Source of the DNA: a virus
Taxonomy: Duplodnaviria > Caudoviricetes
DNA: 57,985 bases
IMG/VR virus record: IMGVR_UViG_3300031812_000004
Location: 1 to 57,985 of that record
Strand: one strand, 5' to 3'
Shown: piece after piece, positions 30,456 through 37,544 of the stretch
Position numbering within the stretch: position 1 is the stretch's first letter
Layout: the number at the start of each line of letters is the position of its first letter
The notes under the pieces: model-generated
Told to the model about the DNA's origin: nothing
Database searches by the model: none
The model's input: only the letters and a program-made list of their open reading frames with translations
Program-made: the position numbers and the translations under genes

Positions 30456-30698
30456 TTACTCGTCCTCTCCGGAATCAGTATTTTGAGTGCTTTTGCGGCG
30501 TTCGAGTCTATTAACTCTATTTAATTTGCCTGATTCCACCAGTTGCTGAATTTGCTTATCATCTACTTCCAGAGTAAATGAAAAGCCATCAGCAACGAAA
30601 AATACTTCAGAATCGTTGGTGGCGTTAACGGCAAGCGGAAGGATTACTTCCTTTCCGTTCTTAGTTACCTTTTTGTAACCTTTGATGATCAGATGCAT
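30456..30698 (-). CDS. hypothetical early protein
   Basis: 80-aa ORF. Confidence 0.65.
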   Translation of the reverse strand: MHLIIKGYKKVTKNGKEVILPLAVNATNDSEVFFVADGFSFTLEVDDKQIQQLVESGKLNRVNRLERRKSTQNTDSGEDE

Positions 30699-30927
30699 AT
30701 TTCACAGATTTTAATGATTTTTCTCTGAACTTCAGGTGCCAGAGACTAACCTTTCAGATTTTGATATCGCTCAAAACCTGACAAAAAACGTCAGCACTCC
30801 ATCTATACAACGTAGATGTCAAACACAACAGTACCAGAGCCAATCCCAAATACTGTTGTGTGGCTGATCTTATTTTAATTTGTTTTTTTTTTTGATTTTT
30901 TAATGTTTTTTTTGTTTTTTTTTGCTG

Positions 30928-31041
30928 TTACTTAGAAATTTCCATAATAGTAACAGCAATACTAATGCAGAATCCTGCAGCCAACACTCCAAGTGCCAGC
31001 CACAGTTCTGCTTTTTCTCTAAGAACACTCTTTGTTTTCAT
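30928..31041 (-). CDS. 37-aa single-TM peptide (not in ORF track)
   Basis: MKTKSVLREKAELWLALGVLAAGFCISIAVTIMEISK preceded by the A-tract leader motif. Confidence 0.6.
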   Translation of the reverse strand: MKTKSVLREKAELWLALGVLAAGFCISIAVTIMEISK

Positions 31042-31086
31042 AATTTTTAATATTTAATTTGTTTTTTTTTTAATACAACCAAGAAT

Positions 31087-31127
31087 AAAAACCGTCCAGT
31101 GGTACACAACTATACCACCAGACGGTT
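31087..31127 (-). terminator. probable intrinsic terminator
   Basis: AACCGTC.GTGGTA..TACCAC.GACGGTT hairpin followed by a U-tract after the stop at 31137. Confidence 0.7.
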
Positions 31128-31136
31128 AAATTCCCA

Positions 31137-31367
31137 TTATTCTTCAGTTCTCCACTCAAAAGCTTCCTGACGATACTTTATCACAGCTGTATCATAAGAT
31201 ACAACTTGAAATTCGTCAGAATAGTGAGACTGATTATAAAGTCTCCTTCTCAGCTTTTGAGCTTCCGAATAGCTGAGCGGACGAAGCTCCTCCGGATTGT
31301 ACGCCCAGCTATTACCATCAGTGTACATTACGTCACTGATGGATTTAACAATAAACATCTCTTTCAT
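31137..31367 (-). CDS. hypothetical early protein
   Basis: Likely start MKEMFIV at 31367, after an A-tract leader. Confidence 0.65.
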   Translation of the reverse strand: MKEMFIVKSISDVMYTDGNSWAYNPEELRPLSYSEAQKLRRRLYNQSHYSDEFQVVSYDTAVIKYRQEAFEWRTEE

Positions 31368-31463
31368 AAGCCTAAGTTTTAATTTGTTTTTTTTTTCAGT
31401 TAAACATAAACAAAACCCTGCTGATTGTTTTACGTTGCCAGCAGGTAACAACGGCAGTGACTA

Positions 31464-31796
31464 TTAAACCACTGCAAAACCCTTACACCCGATGATGACA
31501 CCCTTGTCATCCCGAACCGCATCGTCAGGAATGACAAGATCATCTCGTACCCCTTTCGCAGCTTCAGCTACTACTCGAGATACGATATACAAAGTGTCAT
31601 CAGCCTTATCAGGCAACCCTTCAATCTTCCCCATAACAGACTTACTGACGGGGATCCCATTAATGTTACCCACTGCAGTTCTAGAAACCGCACAACGGGC
31701 AACCTGTCCTGACGGGGGAAACTTCGCCAGGACTTCCCCGTTACTCCCCACTACTGTCACTTCATGGGGAGTCAAATTGATGATTTTCGTTTCCAT
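31464..31796 (-). CDS. conserved phage hypothetical protein
   Basis: IINLTPHEV...PPSGQVAR...GLP...YIVSRVVA...RDDL..P..VRD..G.IIGC, a widespread phage family pattern. Confidence 0.8.
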   Translation of the reverse strand: METKIINLTPHEVTVVGSNGEVLAKFPPSGQVARCAVSRTAVGNINGIPVSKSVMGKIEGLPDKADDTLYIVSRVVAEAAKGVRDDLVIPDDAVRDDKGVIIGCKGFAVV

Positions 31797-31833
31797 AATT
31801 TTTTGTTTTTAATTGTTTTTTTTTTTCGTTTTT

Positions 31834-32088
31834 TTAAACTTCAAACACATTGAACTCAATAACCTCACCGGCTGAGTCCAAAACCGTCCACTCAACGTAT
31901 TTATCGTTGAGCAAGACATCATAAGTCTTATCATAAAACATATCAAAACTTATAGACCTCTCCTTTTCTAAAAAATCCATAAATTCCGATACCGTTTTAA
32001 CTTCCCTAGTCGCATCCGAAGTATTCGAACGCAACACCGCAGATCCTAAATCAAGAACTCTGCGGATTTTAACATTTAACTTTTCCAT
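31834..32088 (-). CDS. hypothetical early protein
   Basis: Likely start MEKLNV at 32088. Confidence 0.65.
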   Translation of the reverse strand: MEKLNVKIRRVLDLGSAVLRSNTSDATREVKTVSEFMDFLEKERSISFDMFYDKTYDVLLNDKYVEWTVLDSAGEVIEFNVFEV

Positions 32089-32329
32089 AATTATAAATTT
32101 TAATTTTCTCTTTTTGTTGTTGTTTTTTTTAATAATAAAGTAATTGGTGTTTTTCTGAACGTAACTCAACAGGATAACACCAAACCTGCTTCAATCTGTT
32201 AATAAATTCGGCTAAACTGATAGTAATTAAACTATCAGCACAAGCCGTCCCATCCTTGAGTAACAGAGCAATGGGAATCTCTCCGTCGTTACTAACTCAA
32301 AAGAGCTTTCGCAAAATCGCAGAAAATAG

Positions 32330-32593
32330 CTAATCGAACCATTGAACGTCAACTACTGTCCAAGTCGCTGATTCGATTACTCTCCGTTCTGGTGTTGAAA
32401 CCCAGGACCATTCGTGAGTTTCTTCACCTTGTTCTACATGCACTACTTGCTCGTTGAGAAGGTAGTGCATAAGTTGGAACGGAGAGTTAGCCGTTCCTGC
32501 AGTATTCTTTCCGTAGAATTTCAACGGGTAAGAATACTTTTTTAGTTCTGCGAGCACCCTTCTTTGGGTGCGTAGATTATATTTAGTATTCAT
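32330..32593 (-). CDS. hypothetical early protein
   Basis: 87-aa ORF, first gene of the leftward block, A-tract leader. Confidence 0.65.
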   Translation of the reverse strand: MNTKYNLRTQRRVLAELKKYSYPLKFYGKNTAGTANSPFQLMHYLLNEQVVHVEQGEETHEWSWVSTPERRVIESATWTVVDVQWFD

Positions 32594-32668
32594 ATCTTAT
32601 TTATTTTATTTGTTTTTTTTTTTATTTTATTTTATTCTATTTTATTTTGTTTTTTTTTTCAGGAACGT

Positions 32669-32697
32669 AAAAAAAAGTCAGGATTTACGGACCTGAC
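32669..32697 (-). terminator. intrinsic terminator closing the structured RNA
   Basis: Minus strand GTCAGG-TCCGTAAAT-CCTGAC-TTTTTTTT. Confidence 0.75.
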
Positions 32698-33282
32698 AGT
32701 GCATCTTCCGATGCCCCCCGCCGTTTTTGCACCTGCTCACGGGCTCAAAACGGCAAACCTCTCAGTCAGTTTTGACTCCCAATACGTAGCGGGACATTAC
32801 AAACTGACAAACTACCCGCATTTCGACGTGCCTCGGGACAGCAACTTCACCTTAGCGGCTTGCGACCACAGGCAGTGTCCGGACACTGTTTATCCTGTGG
32901 TCCTCACCGATTTAGCGTGGGTACCCGAGAACTTACTCCCACGCATACCACTTGTTTCGTCTTTTGACTGCACAAGTGGCTGGACGGTTATCCCCCCTCA
33001 GTAGCGTTGTAGCTACGGGTGTTTGCGTCCAGTTCGGGCTGCTTTCCTAGTATATGGCAGCCCTATGTCTTCCATCTTGGTCTTTCGACCTCAATGGCGT
33101 TCATGACTCCGTGGTGTCTTGGTTATCACCTCCGCTGACACACTCGGTGCCCGCCCTACCTGTACCGCACATCACAGACATATAGTCTGTTCGACGCAGT
33201 CTGCTGTTACGGGTTGTTACCCCTCGGGCGGCTCACACCACGGAGCCACATAGACCTCCACGTCTCATAACCGTGGGGTCTA
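32669..33282 (-). ncRNA. putative large structured non-coding RNA (~615 nt), family not recognised
   Basis: GC-rich island with at least 13 stems, GGAA/GAAA tetraloops on minus, and a 3' hairpin followed by U8. Confidence 0.75.
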
Positions 33283-33303
33283 ATTTTTATGTTTTTTTTT
33301 CAA

Positions 33304-33319
33304 TGTTCCACGTGGAACA
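33304..33319. promoter_or_regulatory. parS: parS-type palindrome (ParB/Spo0J binding site)
   Basis: TGTTCCACGTGGAACA matches the widespread chromosomal parS consensus; extends to a 20-bp palindrome at 33302-33321, followed by an extra half-site GTGGAACA. Confidence 0.75.
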
Positions 33320-33563
33320 TTTTGTGGAACATTTACTTTATGTGTTTTTTTTTTTAACACATCGTAGTACATATATATACGTATATACCACACAAATATA
33401 TACTTGCACTAAAGTATGTCGTAGTTCGGTGAGGATTGTTAGTGTATGTGTAGCGGTGGTCGGTTTTAGTGTGTATGTTTTAAAATGTTTATAAGAACTT
33501 TAAAACGGAAATTTTCGTTTGCTATTATATAAAATAAATGTCTAACCTATAAAACCATGAGTT

Positions 33564-33824
33564 ATGAAAACAAAAGAAAAAATCCGTGTTTACGTTAAAC
33601 ACACACCAATCAAGGATGAGCAATCAGGAAAGTTTAGAATTAAAACATCCTATTTCGTGGAGTATACAGGTATGCTTAAACCTGTATATTTCAGACAAGA
33701 TGTAAGGAATGTGGGATATTGTGTGAGTTTGCCTTTAGACGTTTTTACTGAGTACTTCCAGTTTGAACCCCCAACGTTTAACAAGGGGGCTTCATCTGAA
33801 TCTGAAAATGACACGGAACAGTAA
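33564..33824 (+). CDS. hypothetical protein
   Basis: 86-aa ORF with ATG and A-rich leader; first rightward gene. Confidence 0.6.
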   Translation: MKTKEKIRVYVKHTPIKDEQSGKFRIKTSYFVEYTGMLKPVYFRQDVRNVGYCVSLPLDVFTEYFQFEPPTFNKGASSESENDTEQ

Positions 33825-34139
33825 AGTAAACTGTTTAGGTAACGTATCAATCACGATGCGTTACCTTTTTTTTTACGTTCATTCTAAAACAAACCTTACT
33901 ACAAACGAAACCAAAACCGCTTTTATATTTTTTCAAACCTTTATAAAAACTTTCATGCACTGTTTAACCTTTGCCTTATTCCCTTCCTTTTAACGGTTAT
34001 TAACAAACCTTTAAACAAACACTCAACCAACAACCAGCAAGCCAGCCAGCACAACCAACCAGCCAAAAACCAAACACAGGGGGGACACAAAAAACTTAAC
34101 ACGGCGGGGGGGAAGGGGGGGACTGACTCCCAGCCGCTC

Positions 34140-34382
34140 GTATCATAGTTTCGTATGATAGTCTTGTATCATAATCTTGTATCATAATTTTGTAAGATAG
34201 TTTTAAATCTGATTGTATAGTAGTGTAGTATTATATTATAATATCATAGTATAGTATAGTAATATAGTATCGTAGTATATTATTGTAGTGTAGTATCATA
34301 ATTTCGTATTGTGATATAGTTTTAGAATTGGTTGTATCATAGTTTTGTATCATAGTTTTAAGTTTGTTTGTGTTATAGTTTT
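34140..34382 (+). repeat. 13-bp iteron-like repeats GTATCATARTYTT (candidate replication origin)
   Basis: Five tandem units at 34140-34204; more at 34293, 34334, 34347, 34370; interspersed TAGTA pentamers. Confidence 0.75.
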
Positions 34383-34699
34383 AGAGCTGTTCGTATAATA
34401 AACAAATTATTTAACGAATTTATTAATTAATAAACAAATTGTTATAGACTTATTTTGTTATATTTTTAAGAGGTGTAGTATAAGGTATATGTTTATATTA
34501 TTATTTTCTACGTTTTATTTGGTTGAATAGTAGGAATTTGGTTATAGTTATTGTGTAGTTTATGAGGAATGTTAGGGGTGATTATTTGGGTGGGGGGGGG
34601 GGGGTGGTGTGGGTGGATATTTGGAAGGCAAGTTTGGTTAGGTTTTTGGTAGTTTGGTTTAGGTTTTTCATAGGTTATTGATTTTGTTGGTGTAAAGAT

Positions 34700-34880
34700 A
34701 GTAAAAAGTAGAAAGTTAAAAGTTGAAAGTTAAAAGTAGAAGGTATAAAAGACAAACTTGTAACTTTAAACTTTCGATTTTCAACTCACAACTTTCAACT
34801 TTCGACTTGTAACTTTTATCTTACAACTTTCAACTTGTAACTTACAACTTACAACTTTCAACTTATAACTTATAACTTAT
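34700..34880 (+). repeat. bipartite heptamer fold-back array
   Basis: AAAGTAG/AAAGTTA arm, then AACTTTC/AACTTGT/AACTTAC arm. Confidence 0.9.
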
Positions 34881-34893
34881 TTTTAATTGTGTT

Positions 34894-34906
34894 TAATATT
34901 TAGTAT
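34894..34906 (+). promoter_or_regulatory. candidate late promoter motif TAAWATTTAGTAT
   Basis: Same 13-mer also at 43500, 48513 and 52273, each upstream of a structural gene. Confidence 0.55.
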
Positions 34907-34931
34907 AGGTAGAATACTAAAATATTTGTCT

Positions 34932-35543
34932 ATGAGTTGTGGTGGTAATGGTAATTGTAATGAGATAGAGCGGTTATTGGGGTGTATATGTGACAGGGTG
35001 TATGCTTTGCACCAGATGTTAGGTGATTATTTAGTTAGTATTATTAACCAGTTAGTGAATGTGAATGGGTGGTTGAATTCTATATATAGTGTATTGAATA
35101 ATGTTAATAATGTTTTAGGGAATATAAATAGTTTATTAGTAAGTATAGATAGTATGTTGCAGAACATACAGAATGATTTGAATAATGGGTTTAGTCAGGT
35201 TATAGGGTTATTGGGGCAGTTATTGGCTTGTTGTCAGGCTGGTTTGGCGAGTAGTTCGGTTATCAGGAATCCGGTTGTAATAAGTTTTAATTCCAGTAGT
35301 ATTCCTTTGAATCGGATAAGCAATGCGGTGGGTTTGGTACCTGGGGGTTTGTTTTTGTGGGTTCAGTTTCGGAATGTGGGGGCTAATCCGGCTATGGTCA
35401 ATGGTTTTTATGTTCCTCCTGGGGGTGTCAGGGAGTACAGGGTTAACGGGAATGATAAGCTTGGGCAGATATCGTATGATTGTACGGGAGCATTCCCTGG
35501 GGGTATGGGGGTGACGGAGTTGGAGATAGAGGGGTTGCAGTAG
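34932..35543 (+). CDS. coiled-coil fibre-like virion protein
   Basis: ATG at 34932 (MSCGGNG); L/I/V-N heptads flanked by Cys pairs; C-terminal beta domain similar to 35824..36243. Confidence 0.6.
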   Translation: MSCGGNGNCNEIERLLGCICDRVYALHQMLGDYLVSIINQLVNVNGWLNSIYSVLNNVNNVLGNINSLLVSIDSMLQNIQNDLNNGFSQVIGLLGQLLACCQAGLASSSVIRNPVVISFNSSSIPLNRISNAVGLVPGGLFLWVQFRNVGANPAMVNGFYVPPGGVREYRVNGNDKLGQISYDCTGAFPGGMGVTELEIEGLQ

Positions 35544-35803
35544 GAAGTAGAAAGTTAAAAGTAGAAAGTTAAAAGTAGAAAGTAGGAAGTAGAAAGTTAA
35601 AAGTAGGAAGTAGAAAGTTAAAAGTCATAAGTAAAAAGTATAAAGTTAAGAGTAGAAAGTGGAGAGTCAAAAAGTTAAAAGTATAAAGTCAAAAAGTTAA
35701 AAGTATAAAGTCAAAAAGTTAAAAGTATAAAGTCAAAAGTAAAAAGTATGAACTTGTAACTTTTAACTTGCAACTTTAAACTTGTAACTTTAAACTTGTA
35801 ACT
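35541..35803 (+). repeat. bipartite heptamer fold-back array
   Basis: Long AAAGTAG/AAAAGTT arm, then AACTTGT/AACTTTA arm; fills the intergenic gap. Confidence 0.9.
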
Positions 35804-35823
35804 AACAACTAAAATAAAGGTAT

Positions 35824-36243
35824 ATGGGAGAAGTTCAGGGGCATACGTATGATAGTAACTTGCAAAGGAATTTGCAGGATGAGGTTAATATAGGTATCAG
35901 GGATTTGAGCTTGCAGATAGCGAGGTTGTGTCAATGTGTAGGTGGAAGTGGAACAATAAACGGAACGGTAGATATAAACCCTAAGCCGGTAGATTTACTT
36001 GTTACCGGTTATCAGAATGTAGGAGGCATAATAATAGTTATACCGGTAGATATAGTGGCATTAATAGTAAGGAATGATGATACTGTTGCAGGTAAAGTTT
36101 TATTAGTAAACAACTTTCCAGTTTTGCCTGGGGAAGTGTATACGGTTGATGCGGTAGGGTATAACAGGTATTTTCCGAAAAATACTATAACTATTAATGG
36201 TGTGAGCTGTGATAAGTTTTCTGTTCAATGGGTAGCTGTTTAA
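35824..36243 (+). CDS. putative virion protein, paralog of the C-terminal part of 34932..35543
   Basis: LCQC..NP..RN..VNNFPVLPGEV versus CCQ..NP..RN..VNGFYVPPGGV. Confidence 0.6.
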   Translation: MGEVQGHTYDSNLQRNLQDEVNIGIRDLSLQIARLCQCVGGSGTINGTVDINPKPVDLLVTGYQNVGGIIIVIPVDIVALIVRNDDTVAGKVLLVNNFPVLPGEVYTVDAVGYNRYFPKNTITINGVSCDKFSVQWVAV

Positions 36244-36458
36244 AGTAGAAAGTCAAAAGTCAAAAGTTAAAAGTGGAAAGTATGAAAGTGGAAAGTAAAA
36301 AGTTAAAAGTTAAAAGTATAAGGCATAAAGTTGCAACTTTAAACTTTCAACTTACAACTTACAACTTTCAACTTTCAACTTTAAACTTTAAACTTTAAAC
36401 TTGTAACTTGTAACTTGCAACTTTTAACTTGTAACTTTAAACTTTAAACTTTTAAACT
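36241..36458 (+). repeat. bipartite heptamer fold-back array
   Basis: AAAGTNR arm, then AACTTTA/AACTTAC/AACTTGT arm ending just before ATG 36467. Confidence 0.9.
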
Positions 36459-36466
36459 AACATAAA

Positions 36467-37312
36467 ATGGGATTTAATATTGAAAAAAAAGCAGGAAGTG
36501 ATCTACCAACAGGGGTGTTGGGAGATGTACTGGTTCATAACGGCACGCAATGGATTGCGGACGATGTGATTATTACACGGAATATATCATGGTTTCAGGC
36601 GAATGCTAATAATGTGTTGCGAAAGAACACGGTTGTGTTTTTAGAAGAAGATAAAAACTGTTTTAAAATAGGCGATGGAGTAACGACGTTAAAGAATTTG
36701 AAGTGGTATATTGATAGAAACTACGGAGGCATTTCCATTTCCGCATATAGCGGGATATTTGCGAAGAATACATCAACAGGTAAAGATGTTACTCATTCAA
36801 TTTTTGGAAGTTCATATTCTGTTTCATCTACTGTAACATCAAGCAATGATTTTAGAGGAGCGTTTGGTTTGCTACCCGAGCCGATGATAGTTGAAGCACT
36901 TGGTATAAGGGTTTCATCATATAACGCAAGCGGGGGTAGTGTTAAATTAGAGTTTGGAATATATCAGCCGGATTTTTCAAATAAAATAAATACGTTGATT
37001 GCGAAAACTAATTTACTACCTATTGTCGTTGGGAATAATATATTCAATTTACAATCACCGGTAACATTACCGAGTGGCGTGTATTTATTTGCTTTTAGGC
37101 GTGAAGTTCCCAGTGGCAGTTCTTATACATTTTCGTATATTTCAGCAACAAATCAAATATGTGATGTTAAAAATGATGACTTTGGTATATATTCATATAT
37201 AGGGTTAAACAATCAAACGTCAATGCCAGCAACATGCTCATTTCCTTCTGTTTCAGATAATGTAACATTTTACTTTATCGTATCAGGACAAAGAATTTTA
37301 CCAACAATTTGA
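36467..37312 (+). CDS. tail/head fibre protein with Mtd_N/hyaluronidase-like N-terminal motif
   Basis: WFQANANNVLRKNTVVFLEEDKNCFKIGDGVTTLKNLKWY matches the FKIGDG.T....L.Y fibre motif; GDVLVHNGTQW repeat. Confidence 0.7.
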   Translation: MGFNIEKKAGSDLPTGVLGDVLVHNGTQWIADDVIITRNISWFQANANNVLRKNTVVFLEEDKNCFKIGDGVTTLKNLKWYIDRNYGGISISAYSGIFAKNTSTGKDVTHSIFGSSYSVSSTVTSSNDFRGAFGLLPEPMIVEALGIRVSSYNASGGSVKLEFGIYQPDFSNKINTLIAKTNLLPIVVGNNIFNLQSPVTLPSGVYLFAFRREVPSGSSYTFSYISATNQICDVKNDDFGIYSYIGLNNQTSMPATCSFPSVSDNVTFYFIVSGQRILPTI

Positions 37313-37325
37313 ATTAAAATAAAAT

Positions 37326-37544
37326 ATGAGCACAAGAACACTTGAAAAAATAAAAAATATCATGGGATATATCCTGATAGTTTTATTGCTGTTGTTTTAC
37401 TCAGTATGGTTTACAATATACCCTGTTGCAGTTTTTTTTACAAGTTTGTTTTTATTATATCTGAGCCATCTTAATATTTTGTATCTGACGGAGAATAATA
37501 AACGAAAAGAAAGAAAAAGAAACCATGTAAAAGATATTGTATGA
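37326..37544 (+). CDS. small membrane protein (holin-like?)
   Basis: Two hydrophobic segments and a basic C-terminus. Confidence 0.5.
   Translation: MSTRTLEKIKNIMGYILIVLLLLFYSVWFTIYPVAVFFTSLFLLYLSHLNILYLTENNKRKERKRNHVKDIV

Noticed and set aside
1034-31812. Numerous short + strand ORFs opposite the leftward genes (and - strand ORFs opposite the structural genes)
   Set aside because: Antisense shadows rich in F/L/S/I, with no leaders, fully overlapping better-supported genes
32699-33004. 101-aa + strand ORF inside the GC-rich island
   Set aside because: GTG start with no A-rich leader, atypical composition, antisense to the block; better explained as a by-product of the GC-rich structured RNA
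33165-33200. Group I intron-like words (CAGACTA / GACATATAGTC)
   Set aside because: They form one local hairpin; no correctly ordered P3/P7 core or interrupted host gene was found
33140-33245. Group II intron domain V-like GAGCCG on minus
   Set aside because: No 34-nt DV hairpin with the expected bulge, no DVI, and no RT or maturase nearby
34378-34393. GTTTTAGAGCTGT resembling the start of a type II CRISPR repeat
   Set aside because: Single short match arising from the local ATAGTTTTA repeat; no repeat-spacer periodicity and no cas genes
29850-34900. tRNA or tmRNA genes in the non-coding zones
   Set aside because: No cloverleaf with T-loop GTTCRA and acceptor stem found by eye; tRNAscan-SE/ARAGORN would settle it
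29432-36458. Heptamer and 13-mer arrays as CRISPR arrays
   Set aside because: Units are contiguous and lack unique spacers
36467-37312. Diversity-generating retroelement targeting the Mtd_N-like fibre
   Set aside because: No reverse transcriptase and no TR/VR pair differing at adenines seen in this window
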